DNA of 64,000 nucleotides from an uncultured Rhodospirillales bacterium. Its GTDB lineage: Bacteria; Pseudomonadota; Alphaproteobacteria; Rhodospirillales; UBA2165. Shown piece after piece: positions 52,839 to 63,237 of this stretch. The DNA is taken from positions 1,790,923 to 1,854,922 of the forward strand of contig CAJXKD010000001.1 of assembly GCA_913055735.1 (NCBI GenBank). The letters are read 5' to 3'. Each line of letters starts with the position of its first letter. The first letter of the stretch is position 1. A program made the translations under genes and the position numbers. A model generated the notes under the pieces. It was not told where the DNA came from. It did not search any database and was given only the letters and a program-made list of their open reading frames with translations.

Positions 52839-53588
52839 ATGAATTCAGCCCGCCAATCGGCGACGACGGCGGCGCAAGACGAGGTCGAACGGTTTGCCGC
52901 ACAAGCCGACGACTGGTGGGACGAAACCGGCATCTTTGGGCAGCTGCACAAGATCAATCCGGCGCGGATCACGTTTATCCGAGATCATTTGTGCGCCCAT
53001 TTCGGCCGCGATCCAATGGCCATCGATTCTCTGAAAGGCCTCACGATCGTCGATATCGGCTGCGGCGGCGGGCTGCTGACGGAGCCCATGGCGCGTTTGG
53101 GCGCCGAGGTCACGGGCCTCGATGCCGCCGCCGAGGGCATTGTGGCGGCGGCGGCGCATGCGCGCGAAATGGGATTGTCCATCGACTACCAGACGGCGTT
53201 GCCGGAAGATCTCGCCGCCACCGGACGGACCTTCGACGTGGTGCTGAACATGGAAGTGGTGGAGCATGTTGCCGATCCGGCCGCGTTTTTCGCCGCCGCC
53301 GGGGCGCTTGTCCGTCCCGGGGGGGCTATGGTCGTTGCGACCCTGAACCGGACAATAAAGTCATTGGCGCTCGCCAAGATCGGCGCGGAGTATCTGTTGC
53401 GCTGGGTGCCACCCGGTACCCATGATTGGCGCAAGTTCGTCAAACCGTCGGAGCTCGCGCGCCATTTGCGCCGGGAAGGGTTCTCCGTCGTCGATCTCAA
53501 GGGACTGGTGTATCACCCGGCGGCCGATGAGTGGTCGCTGGGCGACGACGTCGATGTCAATTATTTGATGGTTGCCGTCAAAGACTGA
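52839..53588 (+). CDS. ubiG: Ubiquinone biosynthesis O-methyltransferase
   Basis: WWD..G....LH.INP.R, DIGCGGG, EVVEHV, GTHDW.KF. Confidence 0.95.
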   Translation: MNSARQSATTAAQDEVERFAAQADDWWDETGIFGQLHKINPARITFIRDHLCAHFGRDPMAIDSLKGLTIVDIGCGGGLLTEPMARLGAEVTGLDAAAEGIVAAAAHAREMGLSIDYQTALPEDLAATGRTFDVVLNMEVVEHVADPAAFFAAAGALVRPGGAMVVATLNRTIKSLALAKIGAEYLLRWVPPGTHDWRKFVKPSELARHLRREGFSVVDLKGLVYHPAADEWSLGDDVDVNYLMVAVKD

Positions 53589-53601
53589 ATGGCGTGATCC
53601 G

Positions 53602-54027
53602 TCAGGATGCCTTGCGCTTGCGGCTGGGTGTGGGAACGGGGGCGACCGGGATTTCCTCTTCGACCAGTTCCTTGACCTCGGCGAGGGTCGCCTCGCCGTA
53701 AATGTCACGTTCCTCTTTTTCGCCATAGTGAATGGCGCGCGCTTCCTCGGCGAACTTCTCGCCGACATAGTCGCAGTTCTCCTCCACATGTTTGCGCATC
53801 ATGTTCATCACTTGGCGGACCTGTTTGGCTTTTTCGGGCAGATCGGCCAACTCGCCGCCCGAGCGGGAGTTCAACCGCGGTGCCATGATCGCTTTTTCAA
53901 TTTTGGTGTCGCCGCATTCGGGGCATTCGACGGCACGTTTCTTGGCTTGCCGGTCAAAGGACTTGCTGTCCTTGAACCAGGCTTCGAATTCATGCTTGTT
54001 GGCGCAACGCAGGCTGTAGACAATCAT
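53602..54027 (-). CDS. DUF1178 family protein
   Basis: MIVY.LRC...H.FE.WF...CP.CG...YVG..FAEEAR.IHYGE. Confidence 0.92.
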   Translation of the reverse strand: MIVYSLRCANKHEFEAWFKDSKSFDRQAKKRAVECPECGDTKIEKAIMAPRLNSRSGGELADLPEKAKQVRQVMNMMRKHVEENCDYVGEKFAEEARAIHYGEKEERDIYGEATLAEVKELVEEEIPVAPVPTPSRKRKAS

Positions 54028-54199
54028 TTGTTTTAATAAGCAGCTTGTTTTGATCGGTCGTCGCTTATTTTATCCAGCCGGTCAGCCACCGGACCACGTG
54101 GGCATTTGAAATTACCGGTTTGTTCGGCGGGCGACCAGTATATTAATTTAGGCAGCTTGCCAACGTTTTGCATCTGCCTCTGCGCGGAATGGCCCATAG

Positions 54200-54766
54200 G
54201 TGATTGATTCTTCCCACACCCACGGAGACCCCGTTGCCTGGGTCCGGCGTTTCCAAACCTTGATCCCGGCCGGCGGCATCGTTTTGGATGTGGCGTGTGG
54301 CAATGGCCGCCATAGCCGCTTTCTCGCCAAGCTGGGTTATCGGATATGTGCGGTCGATCGGGATGTCTCTGGCGTCGAGGATTTGATCGGAACGGCAGGC
54401 ATCGAGGTCGTGGAGGCTGATCTCGAAACCCAAAGTTGGCCGTTTGCCGGTCGAACCTTCGACGGAATCGTCGTGGTCAACTACTTGTACCGGCCACTCG
54501 TTCCGCACCTCCGCTTGGCGTTGGCCGACGGCGGCGTGCTGATCTATCAGACCTTCGCGCGCGGGAACGAAAAATACGGACGCCCGCGCAATCCCGACTT
54601 CTTGCTCCAGGACGGCGAACTGTTGGATATGTTCGGTGATGGGCTGAGGGTGGTCGCCTACGAAAGCGGGTTGGTCGAAGGTGAGACCCCGGCCGTGGTG
54701 CAACGGCTGTGTGCGATTAACCGTGCGCCTGACGCCGAGGTGCCGCCGGTTCTGCCCCTTCGGTAG
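54200..54766 (+). CDS. Class I SAM-dependent methyltransferase
   Basis: LDVACGNGRH, ADLE, VNYL.R, GRP.NP.FLL. Confidence 0.85.
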   Translation: MIDSSHTHGDPVAWVRRFQTLIPAGGIVLDVACGNGRHSRFLAKLGYRICAVDRDVSGVEDLIGTAGIEVVEADLETQSWPFAGRTFDGIVVVNYLYRPLVPHLRLALADGGVLIYQTFARGNEKYGRPRNPDFLLQDGELLDMFGDGLRVVAYESGLVEGETPAVVQRLCAINRAPDAEVPPVLPLR

Positions 54767-55616
54767 AGGTAACGTCGTATGTCCGGTCGTGGGTGAGCGC
54801 GGGGATCTTGCGCCGTGCCTCACCGACCTTGGCAAGATCGATGTCGGCGGTGATGACACCGACGTTCTCGCCGCCATCGGCTATGACCGTTCCCCATGGA
54901 TCGACGATCAAAGAATGGCCGAATGTTTGGCGGTCCTCGGCATGGGTGCCGCATTGCGCCGGTGCAATGATGAAGGAGCCTGTCTCGATGGCGCGGGCCC
55001 GCTGCAGCACATGCCAATGGGCGTCACCCGTCACCTTGGTAAAGGCGGCCGGAACGCACAGCACGTCGGCCCCGGCTTTGGCGAGATCGCGGTAGAGATA
55101 GGCGAAGCGCACGTCATAACAAATGGATAGGCCGAACCGGCCCCACGGCGTTTCCGCGACCACGGCTTTGCCGCCGGGCTCATAGGTGGCGGATTCCTTG
55201 TAGGTTTGCCCGTCGCCTACTTCGACGTCGAACATGTGGATCTTGTCGTAGGTGGTAGCGACATTCCCCGCCGGATCGAACAGGTAGGACCGGTTGGCAA
55301 TCCGTCCACCCGGCAGATCGGCCGGCCGCTTGATGGCGAGCGAACCGATCAGTAGCCATGCACCGGTTTGGCGCGCGGCATCGGCGAAGACGGGCAGGCC
55401 GGGATGATCGCCTTCAAAGGGTGTTTTCGCGATCATCGCGTCGCTGTCCGGCTCGATCATGCCGGTGCATTCGGGTGTCGCGATGAAATCGGCGCCTTGG
55501 GCAGCAGCCTCGAAGATCAAATCGCGCGCGGTATGGATGTTGGGCTCGAGGTCGCGTCCGACGTTCAGTTGAATGCACGCGGCTTTGAAGCCGGTCATGT
55601 CCGGACCCCCGGCCAT
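54717..55616 (-). CDS. Carbon-nitrogen hydrolase (Nit1-like, deaminated glutathione amidase)
   Basis: TPE, YDKIHMFDV, ICYD.RF, RARAIE; start 55616 or 55598. Confidence 0.92.
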   Translation of the reverse strand: MAGGPDMTGFKAACIQLNVGRDLEPNIHTARDLIFEAAAQGADFIATPECTGMIEPDSDAMIAKTPFEGDHPGLPVFADAARQTGAWLLIGSLAIKRPADLPGGRIANRSYLFDPAGNVATTYDKIHMFDVEVGDGQTYKESATYEPGGKAVVAETPWGRFGLSICYDVRFAYLYRDLAKAGADVLCVPAAFTKVTGDAHWHVLQRARAIETGSFIIAPAQCGTHAEDRQTFGHSLIVDPWGTVIADGGENVGVITADIDLAKVGEARRKIPALTHDRTYDVTSTEGAEPAAPRRQAHG

Positions 55617-55623
55617 CGTCCGC

Positions 55624-55890
55624 TTAGGCGGCGGGCTGGTTTAAGAGGGGATCGAGTTCGCCTTTTGCGTCCAAAGCATAGAGTTCATCGCACCCTCCGA
55701 CGTGTTTATCGTCGATAAAAATCTGCGGCACGGTATAACCGCCATTGGCGCGCTGCTCCATTTCCTTGCGGCGACCTGGATGCAGCATCACGTCGATTTC
55801 CGTGAACTCGGTGCCCTTTTGCTTCAACAGATTCTTTGCCCGGTAGCAAAAGCCGCAAAACGGCGATGTATAAATCTCAACCTTGGCCAA
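55624..55890 (-). CDS. grxC: Glutaredoxin 3
   Basis: CGFC, TVPQIF, GGCD. Confidence 0.95.
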   Translation of the reverse strand: MAKVEIYTSPFCGFCYRAKNLLKQKGTEFTEIDVMLHPGRRKEMEQRANGGYTVPQIFIDDKHVGGCDELYALDAKGELDPLLNQPAA

Positions 55891-56026
55891 CTTCTTGTCT
55901 CCCGCGCCGATCTCTGCGGCGCCGAAATATCATTGCTCGGTAATGTACATAATATAGCTGGCCCAGTCCCAGTGGCCAGCCACATCGACGTTATCCCCTG
56001 TTTTCTGGGGCAAATTCTCGACCGAT

Positions 56027-56800
56027 CTAGGTTTCCGTGCGGACGACCCGGGCGAGCGTGAGGACGTCGACCCCGGTGGCGCCCGCCCGCGTAAGTGGCC
56101 GGATGCAGGCCGCGGCGGTCTCGCCGGTGGTGAGCACATCGTCGATCAGCAGGACCCGTTTTCCCGAAACCTGTTGTGCCATTTTGCCGGATGCGATGGC
56201 GCCCGCGAGGCGCCGCCGCCGGGCCGAGCGATTGAGCCGCCCGAGGGACGGGGTGGCGCGCCGGCGGGTGAGCGCCCGTTCGACGACCGGCAAGCCGGTT
56301 TCCTTCCCTAGCGCCTGGGCGAGCAAGGCCGACTGGTTGTAGCGGCGGCGGAACAGCCGCGTCCAATGAAGCGGTACCGGCACCAACACGTCGGCCTCGG
56401 CGATCAGATCGCTTCCTGCACGCGCCAACCATTTGCCGAAGGCAGCTGCCGCGTGGGTCGCATCCGCATGCTTGAAGCGGAGGACGAGATCGCGGCTTGC
56501 GTCGGTGTAAACGAACACCGCGCGCGCCCGGCCGTAGGGTGGAGATTCCTTGAGACACGCACCGCAAAATGCATCCGGTCCCGTTTCATGGGCGAACGGT
56601 GTACCGCAAGCGGCACAAAAGGGGGGCGCAATGAAAGTCACCTCGCGCCAGCAATCGGCGCACAACGTTCCCGGTGTGTCGACCAACGCCCGGCATTTGA
56701 GGCATTGAGGGGGGAACAGCGTATCGACAAACCGCCGCGCAACGGCCAAGAGCCACGTCGGCGAGGAAGAAATCGACCGGTTATCCGTTGCGCTGTCCAT
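56027..56800 (-). CDS. ComF family protein
   Basis: Double zinc ribbon, VPVPLH, RRYNQS, LIDDVLTTG. Confidence 0.92.
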   Translation of the reverse strand: MDSATDNRSISSSPTWLLAVARRFVDTLFPPQCLKCRALVDTPGTLCADCWREVTFIAPPFCAACGTPFAHETGPDAFCGACLKESPPYGRARAVFVYTDASRDLVLRFKHADATHAAAAFGKWLARAGSDLIAEADVLVPVPLHWTRLFRRRYNQSALLAQALGKETGLPVVERALTRRRATPSLGRLNRSARRRRLAGAIASGKMAQQVSGKRVLLIDDVLTTGETAAACIRPLTRAGATGVDVLTLARVVRTET

Positions 56801-56862
56801 GACGCATTTAACCGCGCTTTCGCCGACGCGACAATCGGGACGCTTTGTGCCATAAGGTCGCC

Positions 56863-57759
56863 ATGGCGCCACCCGAAAAGACTTCCGATGCGATGACCGT
56901 CTTCGACCGCTATGCGGTGCGTCTACATCGTGATCGGTCTGCCCGAAATTTCGGCGAGTTCGATTTTCTGTTCCGCCATGTCGGTGCGGCGCTTATCGAC
57001 CGTCTGCAGGACATAACCCGCGACTTTCCGCGTGTTCTCGATCTCGGCGGACGGGACGGTTTTCTTTCAGAACTCATTGCCGGGCACAACGGCATCGAGA
57101 ACGTCGTTCGGTGCGACCTGTCGGAAGCCTTCATGCACGATGGGGGCGGCTTGCGAGTCGTTGCCGACGAAGAGTTTGTGCCTTTCGGGCCGGAAAGCTT
57201 CGATCTGGTCGTCAGCTGCCTCGATCTCCATTGGGTCAACGATTTGCCGGGAACGTTGGTGCAGCTTCGCCAAGTCCTGAAACCGGACGGCCTGTTCCTG
57301 GCGGCAATGTTTGGCGGCAATACGCTGTCCGAGTTGCGGGCATCCTTGATCGCCGCTGAGACGGAAACAATGGGCGGCGCGGGACCGCGGGTGTCGCCGT
57401 TTGCCGATGTACGCGATGCCGGCAATTTGTTGGTGCGGGCCGGGTTCGCGCTCCCTGTCGCCGACAATTTCGAGGTGACGGTTTCCTATGCCGATCCCTT
57501 AAAGCTGATGCGCGATTTGCGCGGCATGGGCGAAAGCAATGCCGTGCGTGCCCGGCAACGTGGGTTCACGCGGCGGGATGTTTTGGCGCGGGCGGCGGCG
57601 CACTATCAGGACCGCCACGCCGATGCCGACGGACGTGTTCCGGCGACCTTCGAGGTGATTATGCTGACGGCTTGGGCACCCCATGCCGCACAGCCGAAAC
57701 CTCTGGCACGCGGCTCCGGGCAGATATCGCTTGCCGACGTGCTGAAGGAAGATAAATAG
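56863..57759 (+). CDS. SAM-dependent methyltransferase (BioC/NDUFAF5-like)
   Basis: VFDR, LHWVNDLPG, LKPDG, RVSPF, LRGMGE, P..RGS. Confidence 0.88.
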   Translation: MAPPEKTSDAMTVFDRYAVRLHRDRSARNFGEFDFLFRHVGAALIDRLQDITRDFPRVLDLGGRDGFLSELIAGHNGIENVVRCDLSEAFMHDGGGLRVVADEEFVPFGPESFDLVVSCLDLHWVNDLPGTLVQLRQVLKPDGLFLAAMFGGNTLSELRASLIAAETETMGGAGPRVSPFADVRDAGNLLVRAGFALPVADNFEVTVSYADPLKLMRDLRGMGESNAVRARQRGFTRRDVLARAAAHYQDRHADADGRVPATFEVIMLTAWAPHAAQPKPLARGSGQISLADVLKEDK

Positions 57760-57784
57760 AGACCAATTGAAAGAAGTTTGTTCC

Positions 57785-58483
57785 ATGCAGTTCCACGCCC
57801 CGCTCATCCGCGGCACCCTCATCAAACGCTATAAACGCTTCATGGCCGATGTCACCTTGGAGGACGGGTCCGTCGTGACCGCCCACTGCGCCAATTCGGG
57901 AACCATGTTGAGCGTCAACGAACCGGGAACGGAAGTGTGGTTGTCGCCGGCGCAAAACCCGGACCGCAAACTCAAATATACCTGGGAACTGATCCGTATC
58001 GGTGACGCACTGGTCGGCATCAACACCCAGCATCCGAACAAGATCGTGGCTGAGGCGATCGAAGGTGGCACGGTTCCGGAACTCGCCGGTTACGAAAATT
58101 TGCGCCGCGAAGTGAAGTACGGCAAAAACTCCCGCATCGACATTTTGCTCGAGGATGCGGGCAAACCGGATTGTTTCGTCGAGATCAAGAACGTCACCAT
58201 GAAGCGCGCCGACGTCGCCGAGTTTCCCGATGCGGTGACGGCGCGCGGCACCAAGCATTTGGGCGAGCTTGCCGATCAGGTGGCCGAGGGGCACCGGGCG
58301 GTGATGTTCTATCTCGTGCAACGCGGCGATTGTGACCGTTTCACCCTGGCCGACGACATCGATCCCACCTACGCGGAAGCCCTGCACAAAGCCCGGAAGG
58401 CGGGGGTCGAAATATTGGCCTATGATTGCCGGGTGGATACCGACGGCGTCGCCGTCTCCCGCCCGGTCGAAATCGCGCTGTGA
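57785..58483 (+). CDS. sfsA: DNA/RNA nuclease SfsA
   Basis: RYKRF, HC.N.G, SRID, EIK.V, FPDAVT.RG.KHL. Confidence 0.95.
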   Translation: MQFHAPLIRGTLIKRYKRFMADVTLEDGSVVTAHCANSGTMLSVNEPGTEVWLSPAQNPDRKLKYTWELIRIGDALVGINTQHPNKIVAEAIEGGTVPELAGYENLRREVKYGKNSRIDILLEDAGKPDCFVEIKNVTMKRADVAEFPDAVTARGTKHLGELADQVAEGHRAVMFYLVQRGDCDRFTLADDIDPTYAEALHKARKAGVEILAYDCRVDTDGVAVSRPVEIAL

Positions 58484-58630
58484 GAGCCGGCTTCAGACCA
58501 CTCGGACTATTAACCGCCTGTTGAGTGGCGGCGGCTAAATTACCGGATATATGAGGTGAACCGATAAGGGGTCGGCAACGGCCCATGGGTGTGGTTTAAT
58601 CCGCGCCGGCATCAATGGAGATCGAACCAG

Positions 58631-59425
58631 GTGGACGCTGAACCGAGAAGCATAAAAATCCATTCCGAAGCGGATTTCGAAGGTATGCGCAAGGCTGGCC
58701 GGCTGGCCGCCGAGACGCTCGACTTCCTCGCCGACCATGTGAAACCCGGCGTGACGACGGGCGAGTTGGATCAACTCGGCGCCGAGTTCGTCGCCGCGCG
58801 CGGCGGCGTCTCCGCGCCGCTGAACTATCGCGGCTTTCCGAAATCTTTGTGCACCTCGGTCAACCATGTCGTCTGTCACGGTATTCCCGGCGACAAGGTC
58901 TTGGCCGAAGGCGACGTCATCAACATCGACGTGACACCCATCGTCGATGGTTGGCACGGTGATACCAGCCGCATGTTTTACGTCGGCGAGGTGAGCATCA
59001 AGGCCAAGCGCCTGATCGACATCACCTATGAGGCGATGATGCGCGGCATCGAAGTGGTGCGCCCCGGCGCGACCGTGGGCGATATCGGCCACGCCATCGA
59101 AACCTTCGTCCGGCCCTATCGCTATTCCATCGTGCGCGATTTTTGCGGCCACGGTGTTGGCCGCATCTTTCACGATGCGCCGAACATTTTGCACTTCGGC
59201 AGTCCCGGCGAAGGGCCGCTTCTGCGCCAGGGCATGTTCTTCACGGTCGAGCCGATGATCAATGCGGGCCGCCCCGAAGTGAAGATCCTCAGCGACGGCT
59301 GGACGGCGGTCACCAAGGACCGTTCGCTGTCGGCGCAGTTCGAGCACACCATCGGCGTGACCGAGGACGGCTGCGAGATCTTCACCCTCTCGCCCGCGGG
59401 CCGCGACCGGCCGCCTTACGACTAA
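58631..59425 (+). CDS. map: Methionine aminopeptidase
   Basis: CHGIP, NIDVT, HGD, GHG, EPM, QFEHT. Confidence 0.96.
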   Translation: MDAEPRSIKIHSEADFEGMRKAGRLAAETLDFLADHVKPGVTTGELDQLGAEFVAARGGVSAPLNYRGFPKSLCTSVNHVVCHGIPGDKVLAEGDVINIDVTPIVDGWHGDTSRMFYVGEVSIKAKRLIDITYEAMMRGIEVVRPGATVGDIGHAIETFVRPYRYSIVRDFCGHGVGRIFHDAPNILHFGSPGEGPLLRQGMFFTVEPMINAGRPEVKILSDGWTAVTKDRSLSAQFEHTIGVTEDGCEIFTLSPAGRDRPPYD

Positions 59426-59447
59426 GTCTGGCGGCGGGGCGGCTGCC

Positions 59448-60128
59448 ATGTCCGAAAAGCCCCATTACGTTGGCCATCGCAACCGGCTACGCGAACGCTT
59501 CCTGAACGCGGGCGGCGACGCGCTTCCCGATTATGAAATGCTGGAACTAATCCTGTTCATGGCGTTGCCGCGCGGCGACGTGAAGCCGCTCGCCAAGCGG
59601 CTGATCGCGCGTTTCGGCTCCTACGCCGAGGTCATCAGTGCCGATCCCGACGATCTCAAGTCCGTCGACGGGGTGGGCGATGCGGTGGTTGCATCCTTGA
59701 AAACGGTGCGCGACGGCGCGCTTAGGCTGATGCAGCAGGAATTGGTCGGACAGCCGGTGATCTCGTCCTGGCAGGCGCTCAACGACTATTGCCGCGCGGC
59801 CATGGCGCGGGAAAAGAATGAGCAGTTCCGCCTGTTTTTCCTCAACCGCAAGAACGTGTTGATCGCCGACGAGGTGCAGCAGCGCGGCACCGTCGATCAA
59901 ACCTCGGTCTATCCGCGCGAGGTGGTCAAACGGGCCTTGGAATTGGGGGCGACGGCGATCATCATGGTGCACAACCATCCGTCGGGCGATCCCGAACCGT
60001 CGCCGGGCGACGTGGAGATGACCAACGAGGTCAAGGAAACCGCGGCGCGGCTGGGGATCACCCTGCACGATCATGTCATCGTCGGGCGCAACGGCTCGAC
60101 GAGTTTCAGAAGCATGGGGCTATTGTAA
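59448..60128 (+). CDS. radC: RadC / JAB domain protein
   Basis: GHR.RLR, HhH, HNHPSGD..PS..D, DH. Confidence 0.95.
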   Translation: MSEKPHYVGHRNRLRERFLNAGGDALPDYEMLELILFMALPRGDVKPLAKRLIARFGSYAEVISADPDDLKSVDGVGDAVVASLKTVRDGALRLMQQELVGQPVISSWQALNDYCRAAMAREKNEQFRLFFLNRKNVLIADEVQQRGTVDQTSVYPREVVKRALELGATAIIMVHNHPSGDPEPSPGDVEMTNEVKETAARLGITLHDHVIVGRNGSTSFRSMGLL

Positions 60129-60141
60129 AAGGAGGCAAAGA

Positions 60142-60462
60142 ATGTTCGCTGAATTGGTAAAACTGAAACTGCCTGATGGCTGGACGCGGGAAGACGCGGC
60201 GAAGGATACCTGGAATGCGGTGCCGCGCTGGAAAGCCAATCCCGATCTGATCCGCAAGCACTTCATGCTCGGCGAGGACGGCCACCTTTACGGCTTCTAT
60301 CTGTGGAAATCGAAAGAAGCGGCGCAGGAAGGGCACAATAAGGAATGGCAGGAAATGACCAAGGAACGCACCGGCGCCATGCCGGAGTTCAGCCATTTCG
60401 ATGTGATGATGATTTTGGACAACGAGACCGACGCGGTCGACGAATACGAACCGGCAGCGTAG
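60142..60462 (+). CDS. YdhR-like dimeric alpha+beta barrel protein (putative monooxygenase)
   Basis: P.LIRK.F, GFYLW.S.EAA, DN motif; AAGGAGG RBS. Confidence 0.7.
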   Translation: MFAELVKLKLPDGWTREDAAKDTWNAVPRWKANPDLIRKHFMLGEDGHLYGFYLWKSKEAAQEGHNKEWQEMTKERTGAMPEFSHFDVMMILDNETDAVDEYEPAA

Positions 60463-60517
60463 TATAGTTCCAACGACAATAAGTCTAGATAATAGGACTA
60501 TATGCGGAGGACGAAAA

Positions 60518-61387
60518 ATGGATGGTGGCGCAAGCGGCTCGACGGTTCGGGTCAAAAAATTCGGGGTCCATCTGGGCGCTGAGATCAGCGGGATCGACCT
60601 GACCCAGACGGTAAGTGACGCGGACATCGCGGTCGTTCGGGACGCCCTTCTCGAGCATCAGGTGCTGGCGTTTCGCGATCAGGACATTACGCCACAACAG
60701 CAGATGGCGTTCGGCGCCCGCTTCGGTGAGTTGAGTGTCCATCCCATCGCGCCGCATGACGAGGAAATCCCCGAACTCATCGTATTCGACAACACGCCGG
60801 ATAATCCGGCGATGTTCACCGACAATTGGCATTCGGACGAAACCTTCCGCGAGGCGCCGCCGTTGGGGACGATGTTGCGCGCCATCCAGGTGCCAGAGAT
60901 CGGCGGCGATACGCTGTTCGCCAGCATGACGGCGGCCTATGAAGGGCTGAGCGACAAGATCAAACATCTGATCAATGATCTCGAAGCGGTGCATGACGTC
61001 AAACTGTTCCGCCTCGGCTTCACCGATGATGACGAAGGTCGCGAGCAGGAAAAATACATCAACGAAAACTTCCCCAAGGTCATCCATCCGGTGGTGCGCG
61101 AGCATCCCGAAACCGGCCAGAAAATTCTGTTCGTCAATCCGCACTTCACTTTGCATATCAAGGGAATGAGCGAACTGGAGAGCCAGTCGCTGTTGGCGAT
61201 CCTCTATCACCAGGCGGAGATTCCCGAATACCAGATCCGCCACAGGTGGGAACCGAACACGATGCTGTTCTGGGATAACCGCTCGACCCAGCACTACGCG
61301 CCGCACGACTACACGGAGCGCCGCTTCCTGCACCGCATCACCATCAAAGGCGACCGCCCTTACGGGCCTGGACAGAAACCGGCCTAA
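60518..61387 (+). CDS. TauD/TfdA family 2OG-dependent dioxygenase
   Basis: GAEI.G.DL, WHSD, GGDTLF, HPVVR.HPETG, WDNR.TQH, R. Confidence 0.93.
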   Translation: MDGGASGSTVRVKKFGVHLGAEISGIDLTQTVSDADIAVVRDALLEHQVLAFRDQDITPQQQMAFGARFGELSVHPIAPHDEEIPELIVFDNTPDNPAMFTDNWHSDETFREAPPLGTMLRAIQVPEIGGDTLFASMTAAYEGLSDKIKHLINDLEAVHDVKLFRLGFTDDDEGREQEKYINENFPKVIHPVVREHPETGQKILFVNPHFTLHIKGMSELESQSLLAILYHQAEIPEYQIRHRWEPNTMLFWDNRSTQHYAPHDYTERRFLHRITIKGDRPYGPGQKPA

Positions 61388-62295
61388 TTTTTCGGCACGA
61401 TAACGCCGTCATCGAGCATCTGGTCGAAATTGGCGCTGATGTGCCGGAGCAGCATGGCGAGCTGGTGATCGCGCAAGGTATCGTCGCGGAACCATTTCAT
61501 GAAATACGGCAGTTCGTGGCGGTCGCCGATGGCGAGCTTGCCCCGGTTGACGATTTGATGGCGGCCATCCCGCGAGGTGGCGTGCACGACCGTAGCCCGG
61601 GTGGTTCCAGCGGTGACGACGGGCGTTTCTTTTTTTCTGCGAACTTTGATTTTGCCCAGCGCATCCCCGTGCAGGTTCCATTCGAGGCTGTCGAGGAGTT
61701 CGACGGCGAACGCGTCGCTGTGGGCGAGAACATTGAAGGCGTTCTGCTCGAACAGAATTTCATCGTGATCGACCGCGTTCGTGACGCCGGGCCAGCGGTC
61801 GAAGAAATCCTTGTTGGTGCAGATGAAGACACCCGAATTGAGGTACGGCAATCCAAGATCGATCCCGTGGCTGGAGAGAAGCGCGGCAAAATCAGGCATC
61901 GCGAATTCTTCGAGGAAGCCCTTTAGGGCCGGGTATCCGTAGTCTGCCGCGACGAACAGATCGGCCTTGGACGGCGCCGCCACCAGCGCGTTCACTTTCG
62001 ACGAGATGTCGCCCAGGACAAGGGTGTCGGCATCCAGCCACACGACGGCGTCAGCGTGTAGCGTCTCGACGTAGGTGCCGAGAGCTGCCTTGCAAGCCCA
62101 GGGGTGGGCGTTTTCGAGGTCTTGAGGTTGCCGCAACAACCAACCCTGACGATCGAGATAGGCGCATTGCGGCGACGTCATGCCGAAATCGCAGATGTGC
62201 AAATCGATATCGGTATGTGCCTTCAGGCTTTCGCGCAGGGCGAGGGCGGTGACGAAGAAATCTGCATTCCCCCCGGTGACATAGGCAATGGTCAC
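61384..62295 (-). CDS. GT-A fold glycosyltransferase (GT8-like)
   Basis: WLDAD, LNSGVF, EQ..FN, WN motifs. Confidence 0.7.
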   Translation of the reverse strand: MTIAYVTGGNADFFVTALALRESLKAHTDIDLHICDFGMTSPQCAYLDRQGWLLRQPQDLENAHPWACKAALGTYVETLHADAVVWLDADTLVLGDISSKVNALVAAPSKADLFVAADYGYPALKGFLEEFAMPDFAALLSSHGIDLGLPYLNSGVFICTNKDFFDRWPGVTNAVDHDEILFEQNAFNVLAHSDAFAVELLDSLEWNLHGDALGKIKVRRKKETPVVTAGTTRATVVHATSRDGRHQIVNRGKLAIGDRHELPYFMKWFRDDTLRDHQLAMLLRHISANFDQMLDDGVIVPKN

Positions 62296-62380
62296 GTAAT
62301 ACTCCAGATGGCCGGTCTTATTTCCGCAACTCTAACGGGGGCGACATGGATAGGAAACTCATCGTTGTCCCGTGACGACG

Positions 62381-63145
62381 TCAAGTGCGGCTGATGGAAA
62401 CCCCTCCATCGACCAATAAAGCGGTGCCGGTCATGAAGCTCGACGCCTCAGACGCAAGATAGAGCACCGATTGCGCAATCTCATGGGGTGTTGCCGAGCG
62501 TTTGAGCGCGTGAAGGCTGTCGATAAAAGCTTTCGCTTCCGGCGTATTGGCGACGGTGCGGCCCATGGGCGTATCAGTGCCACCGGGTAGGATGGCGTTC
62601 ACCCGGACATTTTTCTTCCCGAATTCGGCGGCGAGAACTTTGGCAAGCCCGATCAGTCCCGCCTTGCTGGCGCCATAGGCGGACATGCCAGGGAAGCCGA
62701 CCGTATAACCTACAAAGCTTGCGGTGAAGATCAGCGAGCCTCCACCTCTTTCGATCATCGCCGGCACCTGATATTTGGCGCCGAGAAAAGCGCTCGTCAG
62801 GTTGGTGTCGAGCGTGCTGTGCCATCCAGCTATCGAGATGTCGTCGACGGGTGCCATCTCGCCGAGCATTCCGGCGTTGTTGAAGGCAATGTCCAACCCC
62901 CCGTATTCCCCGACAGCCAACTCAACGATGGCTGCCGCGGTAGTCTCCTCTTTGACGTCACCGGTATAGGCGATGGCCGTGCCCCCCAAGCCGATTATTT
63001 GGCCGACCAAGCTGTCCAGCTCTTTTTGCCGCTGCGCGACGGCAACGACCTTGGCTCCTTGGGTTGCGAACAGTTTCGCGGTTGCGAAGCCGATCCCGGA
63101 ACTGGCTCCCGTGACGATGGCAACTTTTCCAGCCAATGCAGACAT
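62381..63145 (-). CDS. SDR family oxidoreductase
   Basis: TGASSGIG, NNAG, YGASK, VDGG. Confidence 0.92.
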   Translation of the reverse strand: MSALAGKVAIVTGASSGIGFATAKLFATQGAKVVAVAQRQKELDSLVGQIIGLGGTAIAYTGDVKEETTAAAIVELAVGEYGGLDIAFNNAGMLGEMAPVDDISIAGWHSTLDTNLTSAFLGAKYQVPAMIERGGGSLIFTASFVGYTVGFPGMSAYGASKAGLIGLAKVLAAEFGKKNVRVNAILPGGTDTPMGRTVANTPEAKAFIDSLHALKRSATPHEIAQSVLYLASEASSFMTGTALLVDGGVSISRT

Positions 63146-63237
63146 TTCCCACTCCCTCGCAATTAATTTTGGAAAGGGGAAAATGGCGGCCCGGAATGTG
63201 TGGCGCACTCCGGTTCTTGCGGCCTCCGAGATATTTG

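Noticed and set aside
59448-60128. radC as a mobile-element or anti-defence marker
   Set aside because: It is the full-length chromosomal type in the usual map-radC context.
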